A stretch of DNA of 64,000 nucleotides from Glycera tridactyla (taxonomy: Eukaryota): NCBI GenBank assembly GCA_965644265.1, contig OZ286460.1, forward strand, positions 111,352,001-111,416,000, written 5' to 3'. The notes beneath the pieces were generated by a model. It saw nothing but the letters and a program-made list of their open reading frames with translations, was not told the DNA's origin and ran no database searches. Within the stretch, counting starts at the first letter, position 1; each line of letters begins with the position of its first letter. The position numbers and the translations under genes were made by a program. Of this stretch, positions 12,574 to 24,970 are shown in pieces.

Positions 12574-14741
12574 GGGTAGTATGCACTTTAGAAGTCCCCA
12601 CGATCTTACTAAATCATCGCGATTTGACGTTTCCAACAAATTGTCACCGAATTGCGGTCGAACGGTCAGTGAGAATACATGCTAAATATAGTTCCTACCT
12701 CAACGATGTTGATGACCGTTACAGTGGAGAGGAATATTTCCCAGATTTGCGGACGTTATGAATCCGATCACCTCAAACGAAGAAGGTGAACGCCGCCATC
12801 TTGACATGGTCACGTGACGGTTTGGACCAATCAGGGATCGCCTAACAAAATCGCCATGTTTTTCTCCTCCAATCAGAAGAAGCGATCTTTAAGGCTTCGG
12901 TTTTTCTCCATGAAGTGAGCGATAATATAAGAAATAAACTTACCTTCATAGCTGGAAGTCATCCATTGAATTTGTAGATATGTTGATATCTGGTGGTGGG
13001 ATATTTTCCTTATCCAACGTTGGGTTAGGAGCAACCTTTTGCTTTTTTTTGATCCAAGTTATGTCACTTCTTGACGGCTTGTAGACTCTGGTAATCAGAT
13101 TTAGGAACTGTAGATACCTGTCTTGGTCACTGTCATTCAAATATTTTCTGCGGATGCAGTATTCAGCAAAATAGCTGGAATATAGGTCCTTAACAGTACC
13201 AAAACGTGGAAGGGATGTTTTCAATGATCTCCAGGTGCTCTCTATTGTATTGGTGTGTACACCCTCTTCTGAAACGAACTCTATCGAGTGATTTACAGTC
13301 CCATGAATGAAGCCTTCTTCTTGTAGTTTGGAATAGGCTTTCCAGCAATCAGATAGTATCGTGGTACCAGGTTTAATCCATTTCTTGATGATAGGAACAA
13401 GAGTATTTGCTGATCTGTCCTCAACAACCTCAAAAAACGTCTTTTTTGACTCTTTCAATACCTCCGAATACCCAAACACCATCTACCCTCCTTCCTCTGT
13501 TGTACTTACGTTTTCCGAACTTGGATTCATCAATTTCGACTGTTTTCCCTACTCCTCCGATTTGTTCGTTGTCCTTTTCTAGTATCTCAACACATACCTC
13601 TCTTGCAAAGTTAAACCAGTCCACGTTCGTATGCTGGGATCCTAGTTTTAATTCCCGGGAAATGAAATGTTGATCAACTTTATAGGTCCAATAGTAGGTT
13701 AGTTTTAGTATTGTTGGTATGTCCAAGTGTGACCCTTCGAACCACGATGATTTCCTGATGCTGACTCTGTAATTACAGTTCTTGTTCGTACACCTCCACA
13801 CTTTTCCGTCTGATTTTTGTCCGGTATCCTTACGTATATTTAGGTTTCCAACATTACAACAATAGCACGGTCCTCCAAAGTCCCCAATCAGTCCATTTTC
13901 GATGCAAAACCGGAAACAAGCCTCCCTATCACGGCAGATTTCGTACAGATCATCGTAGACCATGGAAGCCATGTCAAACTCAGCTGATCGAGTGGGCGTG
14001 ACCTTTATTTACAAACAAGCTTCCACATCTCGCCACCAGGGGATTTTTTTTTTTCATTTTCAATTTTAAGAAGGCGGGGGGGGGGGGGGGGGGGGCTGCC
14101 TAAGCCCCCCCAACATACATAAATTGATACTGTCCACACGATAATGCTTAAAAAACATTAAACTTACCTTTAAAAAAACCAAAAGCAGACATCATCTCGC
14201 GTTAATTCATGCTATCCATTAGTACCGGTCGTTCCCGTGAGAGGGCCGACACTCGCGATGTCCTCTAGCAAGGTTTTCAATTATCGCCGCCAGATGGCTA
14301 CAGTTTCGAATTTTTCGATTCTGATTCGCCAAAATCACGTTTCTTTTCATAAACAATAATTTATCCCAGCTTCTACACTTGATAAGATTGTTTTGTACTT
14401 GCCGCATTTGGATTTCATATACGTTTGGTCATTTCAATCGTTATAAATACATTCTTTCTCGCGTGAACTGTCTTTATTATTAGTTACATTCGTCGTCGAT
14501 GGTGGCGCCACTGGTAATTCCGTTTCCGGTTCGATCGTGCTGAAAGACTAGAAGTTCCAACGAGGTTATGCTAGTGATGCCGCGGTGGCCGATTCGGTAA
14601 GGCGCTCGACTCGCTTCAACGTAGTCGTTCTCCAAACCTGATCATCGCCATGGATGAGGTCCATAACCCGTCTGCATATCGCGTGAATACATCCGGCCGC
14701 CAAGCCAACAAAACTGGGGACTCCTAAAGTGCATGTGCTCC
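12574..14741 (-). mobile_element. Full-length Merlin (IS1595/IS1016-like) DNA transposon, 2168 bp
   Basis: Left TIR 12574-12600 GGGTAGTATGCACTTTAGAAGTCCCCA. Right TIR 14715-14741, reverse complement GGAGCACATGCACTTTAGGAGTCCCCA. Both begin GG and share ATGCACTTTAG(A/G)AGTCCCCA. Exact 8-bp direct repeat AATCATTC at 12566-12573 and 14742-14749. Encloses the transposase. GG-initiated TIRs and 8-9 bp TSDs are the known Merlin signature. Confidence 0.93.
12946..13972 (-). pseudogene. Merlin/ISXO2-like DDE transposase, split by one frameshift near 13450-13453
   Basis: ORF 13430-13972: N-terminal Cys cluster (PCYCC...WRCTNKNC), then VEIDESKFGKRKYNRGRRVDGVWVFGGIER. ORF 12946-13482 continues: FEVVEDRSANTLVPIIKKWIKPGTTILSDCWKAYSKL...HGTVNHS...VHTNTIESTWRSLK. 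The D (EIDES), D (SDCW) and E (TIES) triad and the RKYNRGR, TVNHS and HTNTIE motifs are typical of IS1595-family transposases. Confidence 0.92.
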
Positions 14742-15334
14742 AATCATTCACCACCACTTGTGTTATTCCTGTATATCCAAAACCTGTGGATTGAAGTGTC
14801 AAGTCTGTGCTGAATACCAGGATGAACCAAGTTGTGATTCATCTCAGAGCAGTCTTCATGATCGGTTAATTTTGACCCCCCAAGAAGACCCACTTGGGCG
14901 TTATATTTTTGGATGGCCTCACTAAATATTGAGATGAATAAAATGAGGAGGATCTGAGCTTTCCTCTCAATTCAGCAATCTTTCGGTCCCGAAAGTATCT
15001 GCTATTCAGATATGGGACATGTTTGAGAGTAGAATAAAAGGATTTACTGTGAGAGCCGAAATGTTCAAATTCCTGTGCAATCTTGGAGACAGAAGACTTG
15101 ATCAAAGATGGTACATGTAGTGTGATGTTATGATGACGCCACTCCACATTCAGCTGTTTGCGGTTACCTGGCAGTATCTCGGCCTCTTACTTCAAGTGCC
15201 ATCTATTGGTAGTACAGTGTACCTCCCGGGTGGGATTCATACACTTCTATACCAAGCCTCTTGCCAGTCTCAGTATTGTCAGCTGATCACCTCGATAGCA
15301 GGACAAGGAAACATGAGATGGAGAGCTGAGATAT

Positions 15335-15487
15335 CAGGGTGAGAAGAGATAGCCGCCCACCTGCCCAGGGCAGGTAGATTCCACAGATGAGCAGGTGGAA
15401 AATGATCATAAATGACTTGAACATATAAGCAGGGCAGGTGGATTTTCCAGGGGGGCAGGTGGATTTTCGTGATGTCTTCTCGCCCTG
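15335..15487. mobile_element. 153-bp hAT-like MITE, copy 1
   Basis: CAGGGTGAGAAGA...TCTTCTCGCCCTG termini flanked by GATAT on both sides. Closely similar to 32180-32332. Confidence 0.85.
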
Positions 15488-16567
15488 GATATACAGATTC
15501 ACCAGGTCAGATGGCATGGGCATATTATGAGACTGAAGGCTGAGTGAAATCAATACCAATACCACTGTACAAGATATTCCTGCTCCTCTATTTCCGGACT
15601 TAGGATAGAAGGGTCTCTCACTGCTGGCACTTTTGGCATGACCAGTGTTAAGTCATTTTTGTGGTGAGACGGCCTTGGCCGGATTCCACATTCAAGGCAA
15701 GTGCTTCTCTGAGATTGCAAAACGGTGGTGTTTGTTTATCTGGAATTGAAAGGGTCCTACCAAGTGGGGGAATGCCAGCATTTTGAACTCCATTTAGGGT
15801 ATGACTGAATAGATGAAAAATATATTGTTTGATTTGGGTGACCGAAATTGGATGTTATTTTACCAATATGCAATGATACAGAGACAAAGGTGAACAATTT
15901 TTGACATTCGTGGGCCGCCATAAGCTGACATGGGATACAGAGAGTGCATGAAACTCTCGACCACTTCACAAATATTCATTCATACAGGCAAGGTAGACCA
16001 TCAAATTATCAAATTGCACGCATGTTGTTTGTTTATTGTTAATGCAAATAGAAGCTGGCATCGGATTCACATTTGGGCTATTGACTGAGATTGTTTATGG
16101 AATTTCACTCCGGTAACACCTGGCATATTAAAGGCTTCAGCAGCACTTCCTTTGCATGCTTGTGTGTTGGTCAGTGCAGGTTAGCTAGGTCAGGGTGCTC
16201 ATTTCAGTATGTACTCAGTGTTCCAGGTTCAGATGCCTCGCGCACATTCCCATAGCTCTGTACTAACTGGGCCTTACTTCCTATCCCCTATCCCAACTGT
16301 GAATGAAACTGACTGTAGGCACACAGTCGGCTGTCACGCCTCCCCCTCCTCAAGCTCACTGGAGCTAGAGGGGTGGCTGGCAGGCAGGGAGCACGAGTCA
16401 GACTAACGCAGGCCACCACCGCCACTGCTGGGCACAACACACGCTGTCCAACACCTGAGCAGGAACAGCATCTTGTAAACACAGTACACATGGTCCCACC
16501 ACATGGACTTCTATTGTACATTGTATCTCACCCATTTACTGCTGCTTCTTACTGTGTGTGTTTGTGG

Positions 16568-16574
16568 GTGGGTG

Positions 16575-16634
<60 letters not shown>

Positions 16635-17515
16635 GTTGTGTGTGTGTGCCCACCCTCCTACCCATCCACCCATCTACACCCTCACCCAGCTAACCACCCA
16701 CCCACCTACCCATCCAACCACCCACCCACCCAACTACCCACCCGCCTACCTAACCACCCATCTACCTATCCACCCACCCACCACCCACCTACCAACCCAC
16801 CTACTGACCTACCCACCCACCCACCTACCTGCCCTTCTGCCCACCCACCTACCCAACCACCCACCTATGCACCCACCTACCCACCCACTTATCTACCCAC
16901 CCACCCACCTACCCACCAACCTACCCGCCCAGCTACCAAGCTACCCATCCATCGACTTACCCACGCCTACCTACCCAACTACCCACCCACTTACCTACCC
17001 ACCCACCCAACTACCCACCCGCCTACCTAACCACCCATCTACCTATCCACCCACCCACCACCCACCTACCAACCCACCTACTGACCTACCCACCCACCCA
17101 CCTACCTGCCCTTCTGCCCACCCACCTACCCAACCACCCACCTATGCACCCACCTACCCACCCACTTATCTACCCACCCACCCACCTACCCACCAACCTA
17201 CCCGCCCAGCTACCAAGCTACCCATCCATCGACTTACCCACGCCTACCTACCCAACTACCCACCCACTTACCTACCCACCCATCTACCCACCCACCCAAC
17301 TACCTACCCACCCAACTACCGCCACACCCATCTACCTACCCACCTACCCAACCTCCTACCCACCCACCTACCTACCCACCTACCTACCCACCCACCACCC
17401 ACCTACCCACCTATATATTCACCCACCTATCTACTCACCCACCTACCTACCCACCCACCTACCCACCAACCGACACCCACCCACCTACCCACCATCCGAC
17501 CCACCAACTAACCAC
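16568..17515. repeat. (GT)n microsatellite followed by a complex (CCCA/CCTA)n tract with a 277-bp internal duplication
   Basis: GT run at ~16570-16648. Rare marker motifs recur at +277 (CTGACCT 16804/17081; CCCGCC 16741/17018). The Pro/Thr/His-rich ORFs here are repeat translations. Confidence 0.92.
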
Positions 17516-18790
17516 CCAACCATCAAGTTCATCCGCTGGCCGCTTACCATTTCAGGCCTACAGGCCTAGTTGTTTCACTAGCTTTGCATGATTAAATGTT
17601 TTAAAATTTGACAGATAAAAAGAAAATTAAAGCAAGTTGCCACGAGAAAATGGCCAGGGTTTGCGAGTGATCGAGGCAAGGACAAGGGGTTGCTCGGGAT
17701 TTTTGGTCAGTTGCATGGCAATCCACTTGAAGTCATCTCGGATAAAAATAGCGGCACTCCTCTCACACATTGTGATTACCATTCTGTCGTGACTCGATAG
17801 TTGTTTTTCACAGATTCCAGAGACACATTCATGGTGACTGAAAAATACCAATCACTCGGAGAATGTAAGAAAAATACGAGAGTTTAACAAGCTTGATTGC
17901 ATTAGCCGGAGGCTGAGTGGAATACAACACACTTGGCAAGTTATCATTTTTGTGTGGACATCACCGTATCACCTCCACAATGAATATCTCTGCATAGAAT
18001 GACGCCACAGCTGGAGAATGTGGAGATCAAGTGAATACAACATCATTCCCTTTGGAATTCATCCATGACAATTGAATGAAGAATCTGATAGGAGAACCAT
18101 TCATGCTGTCATAGGGTGTAATTTCCTTTGCTCAGTTTATATTTTTGTGAAGTAGATACTTAAGGAATCAAAGATATATCAAAAGGATATTGGAAATTTT
18201 GACCAGATGCCAATTTCTGTTGAAAATAGTCAGCTGGTTGATGCCTTTGAAAATCTTTGGAGTGATTCTACTGTTCATCATTTCACTGTTCGTTATGTAT
18301 TTGAACTGACTGATTCCTTATTGAATCCTACCCCCCCCCCCCCCCCACCCGCTGGTATTATTCACAAGGGATGAGTGATTTCTGAGAATGTAATTTGCTA
18401 GGTATCAGTTGGAACTATTCAGCTATTCTGAGGAAGATGTGTGTCAATTTCCACATGAAATGGATAAGATACACACGCAGGTAACAAAGGATCGAGGTTT
18501 GACCATTGATCCTGATCAGGACAAAACTTGTTTAGAGTGACCTTGGGGATCTTCAGGTTGGAGAGGTCAAAAATGGTGTGATTGGCAGTTATCAAGCCAT
18601 GCAAGTCATCCAATTTCTCGTTCTTGGCTTTAACCTACCAGTACTCACTTTCTTCAGACAGAAGCTACTTGGTCGGTGTCATGGTCGGTGTCATGCTGGA
18701 GATTCAGCGTGAAATCCACAAGAAGAGATCGGACAATTTCTGAGAATGCAATCTATTCACTACATCTGTGTATCATGGAAGATACATGTA

Positions 18791-18951
18791 CAGTCAAACC
18801 TCTCTATAAAGACTACCCTCGGTCGCTTGAAAAAGTGGCCTTTATAGGGAGGTGGTCTTTGTAGAGAGGTCATTTACTGTTAAAGATACTACCACAGTCG
18901 CAGCTCAGGATGGTCTTTATAGGGAGGTGGTCTTTAGAGGAGGTCCGACTA
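18791..18951. mobile_element. Tc1/mariner-type MITE, subfamily B (ATAAAGACCACC repeats). Other copies: 22815-22989, 37111-37288, 37358-37501, ~57960-58130 and partial copies 63820-64000
   Basis: TA|CAGTC(A/G)AACC...GGTT(C/T)GACTG|TA termini, some CpG-decayed. Internal TAAAGACCACC/GGTGGTCTTTA repeats and a GAGGTCATTTACTGTT core. Confidence 0.85.
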
Positions 18952-19976
18952 TACTTAGATTCTACATTTCATATTGTTGGTCTTTTCGGGGTGCTGAATG
19001 AATGGCAATGGAGGAGGAAAGAGAGATAATATAAATAATGATAAATCAATTTTGACTTATTCATCACCAGCTGTTTGTATTGTATCATCTCTTGGCATCT
19101 CACTGATGACATGTATGGGCAGATATCTTCTGTTCAGTTTTCACAAACGCACACTTGACTTTCTGACATGTCAGAGAGAGTTTACTTATTGTCAGTTTGA
19201 ACCTGAAATTCCATCTGACAAACTGATGGGGACAATTCAGATAACAGTAGTGTTGGGAGGGGTTGGAGCATGAAGGGGGCAAGTTTTGCTGAGGTAGTGG
19301 TCAGCATTGAAATGAACACATCCAGTGGGATGAGCTCAGGTATGCAGAGATGAGTCTGAGATGGGGGGGGGGGGGGGGCCATGGTTGTAGATAAATCACT
19401 GAATATGAATCGTAATTGGCATTGGAAAGTTTGATTAGTTGCAGCTATTGAACAAACTTCGACTATAGTCGAACAGCGGCACATCACTAGATAACAGTCA
19501 GTCTGAAAGTTAAACATGAACAGACAATAGTCAGATAGTGGTTGAGATCCCATCTGACAAATTGTCTGACAAGGCTGAAAACATTTTTCAAATGCTGCAT
19601 GTCTTTCTCATAGTTTCTTGAATCCCGGATGGTGGGAACAGAAATTGCATGTGGCATGTGACAAAAGTTTTTGCTTGTAAAATTGTGAAACAGTGAAGTT
19701 AATGAAGTGTAAAGCCTGGTAGCAAAATGGGCAAGTGTTTTTCAGAAGCTGTCTCCAGGTTTCTGTGCCACTCATACTTTGTGTTGAAATCCTCTTACCC
19801 AGTCCACACACCTCCATAAAGGGGGAAAATATACCCCTAACTCTTCAATTTCCTCATGCCTTTTCCTCTTTACCAACTCTGGTTTTTGAAACAGGTATTC
19901 ATATTGGTTGGATACACTTATGATATCTGTGAAAGTGAGATGTCTGAAAATTTGCCAGACAGAATTCTTGGTTCCA

Positions 19977-20816
19977 TGTCATGAGTATGGACAACACAAA
20001 ATGTCATATGGGCATGGATGGACAACACAAAATGTCATATGGGCATTGATGGACAACACCAAATGTCAGATGGGCATGGTGGACAACACAAAATGTCATA
20101 TGGGCATTGATGGACAACACCAAATGTCATATGGGCATGGATGAACATAACCAAATGTCATATGGGCATGGATGGACAACACAAAATGTCAGATGGGCAT
20201 GGATGGACAACACAAAATGTCAGATGGGCATGGATGGACAACACAAAATGTCATATAGGCATGGATGGACAACACCAAATGTCATATGGGCATGGATAGA
20301 CAACACAAATGTCAGATGGGCATGGATGGACAACACAAAATGTCAGATGGGCATGGATGAACATAACCAAATGTCATATGGGCATGGATGGACAACACCA
20401 AATGTCATATGGGTATTGCTGGACAACACAAAATGTCATATGGGCATGGATGGACAACACAAAATGTCATATGGGCATGGATGGTCATCACAAAATGTCA
20501 TATGGGCATTGATGGACAACACCAAATGTCATATGGGCATGGATGAACATAACCAAATGTCATATGGGCATGGATGGACAACACAAAATGTCATATGGGC
20601 ATGGATGGACAACACAAAATGAGATATGGGCATGGATGAACATAACCAAATGTCATATGGGCATGGATGGACAACACCAAATGTCATATGGGCATTGATG
20701 GACAACACAAAATGTCATATGGGCATGGATGGACAACACAAAATGTCATATGGGCATGGATGGTCAACACAAAATGTCATATGGGCATGGATGGACAACA
20801 CCAAATGTCATATGAG
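19977..20816. repeat. 31-bp minisatellite, about 27 copies
   Basis: Unit ATGGACAACACAAAATGTCATATGGGCATGG. ORF translations cycle through three frames, as expected for a unit not divisible by 3. Confidence 0.93.
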
Positions 20817-23725
20817 CCCATGCAAGAAAAATTCTCCAGCATTCATGGAGATGGAATAGGAAGTTCCTTTTTGTCTAGTACAGTAAAACCTGTCTTGGGA
20901 GACCGCCCCAAGCGCCAATGAAAAGTGATCTCTCAAGACAGGTGGTCTCTCATTGGAGGTATATTTGATTATATCAAATATAGGAGAGCCAATAAAGAGC
21001 GGTCTCTCATTAGAGGGTGGTCTCCCAAAAGAGGGGTCTCCCAAGACAGGTTTCACTATTTCATTTGATCAAAATGATTCTTTTAAATCCAGGTATCATA
21101 AGTGTGAAAACAAAACCATTCACTCTGCTTCAAAATTAGTCAGTGCCAAGGCTAGTTCTACTGAAATGTAGGTTCTTCCAAGATTGGCAGATTTTATCGA
21201 AGCACATCATCATAATCCTGAGCACCTGCTGCTATTTTCTGTGTTTCTGAATTGAAGAAAACTTGTATTTCTTCAAAGTTAGGCTCCAATGGTTGAAGAT
21301 CAAATTTGTGTTCAACGTGAATGAAACAGTATATTCCAGTTAATTTGATGTAATTTTTCATGGCCCCTGGAAGAGCGTCAAAAAGTTGAACTTGAATGAA
21401 ACTAGAATCTCACATTGACCATTTTCTGGATACATGAATGTCTTTGATGGTGTAGCCGATATGAAACACACAAGCATTTCAGTGTATATTGGTGAGATTC
21501 AAGGGTGTGGGCCACATAAAAGTGTGAATTTTGGCATGTAAACTGCATCAACATGCTCGGAAGGTGTTGCTCAGCATGGTGTATTTCCATCATTCATCCA
21601 CATGGTCTTCATACTGGAGTCCATCATTTCCTTGTGGATGATTCAGGGTTGGTGCAGATTCAATCTTGGTTGTGTGCAGTCATTGGCTGAGAAGTGGAAG
21701 TGAGCAGATAGCTGACAAAATAGGGCCGTTCAGGAGTCATAAATGATGCAGGAAAAAAATCTAAATGAGCAAATTTGTAGCTGGAACCCAGGTAAGCATG
21801 AAATTATCTAGAGCTCAAGAGCGGAACTGATTTTGTCATGGTCGAAAGAAGGATGCATTGTTAAATGTGTGAATATTCTCATTCAACAAGAAAAGCGCTG
21901 AAAAAGTACTTCACAACATTAATAATACAATTATTCATTTAATCAGGTTTTAATTATTTTAACTAGGGTCCAGCTCAATAAATTCACATTTCATTCAAAA
22001 ACCACACAAGAGTCAGGTTAGTCAATGGATCATAATGTTTCCCAAGTGCGACACAGTATTTTTTGTGGCTGTTGACAATGGAGATGATTATGTTTTTTTT
22101 TCTTGGAGACAATGACTGGCAACCACATTCATCTGTTTAACCCCTGAATCAACGCGTGAGATTGATACCGACCCTTCACTCTTATCTTTCATTCATTGTT
22201 TTGAAGTTTGGATTGAGAACCATGCACTGTCTGCAAATGGGTTTCTCTGTGTCCATTTCATTTCATGGTAAGAAAACTATTCTAGGACATGTATTGGACA
22301 TGATTATCCCAAATTTGTGAAGGATTCATCATAGAAAATCTCATTTTCTATGTTAGTTCTCTGTCTTGGACAACATTCAGATTTTCACATGTCCAATTCA
22401 AATTCCTTGCCTTTCTAGGAACCCAAGACACTTCCTATGATTGTTGCACTGTGTTATCTTATTTGATAATTCTGAGGTTCAAATGAGTAGTCAAGTATTT
22501 GTGGTCCCTATTTTCAATTTTTTTCTACATCACTGGTAAATGGACCAAAATATTGGAACCGATTTGGCACAATTTGGCAGGGCTCTTCAACTTTTTTTTC
22601 TTCAGCTGTCTTTCTGGCAGGTGGAGTGGGATTTTAACCGGGCCTCCCCTAGATTTTCACTTGCCATCCTGCTTATCATCTCTGAATAATGATTATGCAC
22701 CTGCCCATCAGACATTCAAACTGTTAAAATTATCTGCCCAAACATTGCCTAAACAGGCCTCATTATGGAGTCTTGAAGTTTGTAATTCCAATAGATCAGA
22801 TTGTCTCTGGTATATAGTTGAACCTCCTCTAAAGACCACCTCTCTATAAAGACCACCTCCCTATAAAGATCACCCTGAGCTGCAACCGTGGTAGTATTTT
22901 CAACAGTAAATGACCTCTCTATAAAGACCACCTTATGAAGACCGCTTTTTGATGCGACCGAAGGCGGTCTTTATAGGGAGGTTCGACTGTAATTTGTTTT
23001 TGATGTTGATATACATTTTCTATCCTCAGGACACATGGGTTTGGTATTTCCTGCCATGTTGGGAGAAACATGTCATAAAAGAGCAGTGAAAGAGATTTAT
23101 AAAAATGTTGTTACCCTGGAGGCCATTTAAATGATTGCTGACAATGAGAGCCATTATCAGCCCCCAGTTACGGCATGTCACACTCCCTCCCAAGCAGGAC
23201 AATTGGTCGCATACAAATGAGCAGTTGTAATTCAACTACAGAAGACGATGAGTATCACAAGGACAGAGTGATTGTAATTAGATTAATGTGAAGAGATGAA
23301 TGCCGTTGGCAAGTTCCCATCCATAAGAAGTATTTGCTCAGACTTGTTGATCTTTTCTTAATTGATTTAGAAATTGGCTGAGATTGGAGCCATGAGTTAC
23401 GCCAGCTCATGACTTGTGACTCATTGATAATGTATTGTGAAGTATATACATGAAGTGCCCGCTGACTTCATGGAGGCTGTGTAGCGACACCTGGTGGCGG
23501 GAGAGAGGCGCTATTGAGTGCGCATGCAGCACCACTTCCGGTCAAGTGCTTCTCAATGCATTTGGATTGTGATTGAGTGATATAATCGAAGCTTGTAATC
23601 TGTCACAGCTTGCCAACCTTTGATATTGGCTTCCATGCAGCCACGGCTCACTTGTGAACTCAATCAAAGGGGTGCCGAGCTCTGACCCATGGTTTTCACA
23701 CATTTACAGTTTGTCTTTGAACACA

Positions 23726-23726
<1 letters not shown>

Positions 23727-23781
<55 letters not shown>
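23727..23781. repeat. (GA)n microsatellite plus G run
   Basis: Direct reading of the sequence. Confidence 0.95.
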
Positions 23782-23782
<1 letters not shown>

Positions 23783-24167
23783 CTCTGTTGAGCTTTGAGC
23801 CGTGATCATCACCAGGCCACGGTTAGAGGGGAAGGGGGGGGGGGGGGGGCTGGGGGGAGGTGTGAAAGTTGCCACAGGAAAATGAAAACGAGTAGGGCAA
23901 GGTTGTCGCTGCCAGTCTATCTCTCTCTTGAGACAGAGAGAGGAAGTACTGTTGCACGAGGTACGAGCCGTGAGAAGCGCCATCTTGTGTTTCTCCATGG
24001 TGTGACTTTTGCGCGGTTTAACATGGTGTATAGCTGGTGACCTTGAGCTGTGTGCTGGGTAACTGATGTGTCTGTGCTACCGTCATCTTGTATTCAGGGT
24101 TTGTGAGAGCTTTCACTGACCACATGGCATTATCCTCTGGGTTGATTCATGCTGATAAATCTCAACC

Positions 24168-24970
24168 AACCTACCCNNNNNNNNNNNNNNNNNNNNNNNN
24201 NNNNNNNNNNNNNNNNNNNNNNNNNNNNNNNNNNNNNNNNNNNNNNNNNNNNNNNNNNNNNNNNNNNNNNNNNNNNNNNNNNNNNNNNNNNNNNNNNNNN
24301 NNNNNNNNNNNNNNNNNNNNNNNNNNNNNNNNNNNNNNNNNNNNNNNNNNNANNNNNNNNNNNNNNNNNNNNNNNNNNNNNNNNNNNNNNNNNNNNNNNN
24401 NNNNNNNNNNNNNNNNNNNNNNNNNNNNNNNNNNNNNNNNNNNNNNNNNNNNNNNNNNNNNNNNNNNNNNNNNNNNNNNNNNNNNNNNNNNNNNNNNNNN
24501 NNNNNNNNNNNNNNNNNNNNNNNNNGCCTACCCACCTACCTACCTATACCTACCTACCTACCTACCTACCTACCTACCTACCTACCTACCTACCTACCTA
24601 CCTTTACCTACCTACCTANNNNNNNNNNNNNNNNNNNNNNNNNNNNNNNNNNNNNNNNNNNNNNNNNNNNNNNNNNNNNNNNNNNNNNNNNNNNNNNNNN
24701 NNNNNNNNNNNNNNNNNNNNNNNNNNNNNNNNNNNNNNNNNNNNNNNNNNNNNNNNNNNNNNNNNNNNNNNNNNNNNNNGCCTACCNNNNNNNNNNNNNN
24801 NNNNNNNNNNNNNNNNNNNNNNNNNNNNNNNNNNNNNNNNNNNNNNNNNNNNNNNNNNNNNNNNNNNNNNNNNNNNNNNNNNNNNNNNNNNNNNNNNNNN
24901 NNNNNNNNNNNNNNNNNNNNNNNNNNNNNNNNNNNNNNNNNNNNNNNNNNNNNNNNTACCTACCCACCTA
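24168..24970. repeat. (CCTA)n microsatellite tract, mostly N
   Basis: Called islands (24527-24618, 24780-24785, 24957-24970) are all CCTA/CCCA repeats. Confidence 0.8.

Noticed and set aside
16503-17569. Long Pro/Thr/His-rich ORFs (up to 317 aa) resembling extensin or mucin
   Set aside because: Translations of (GT)n and (CCCA/CCTA)n repeats, open in several frames.
18650-18741. Minus-strand exon-like segment (ctcag|AAATTG...GAAA|gtgagt; IVRSLLVDFTLNLQHDTDHDTDQVASV*)
   Set aside because: All three frames contain a stop and no linked exons were identified, so it is too weak to call.
19977-20816. CRISPR-like or repeat-protein reading of the 31-bp array (also considered for the 25, 27 and 36-bp arrays)
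   Set aside because: Units are head-to-tail with no unique spacers, there are no cas genes and the context is eukaryotic. These are ordinary minisatellites.
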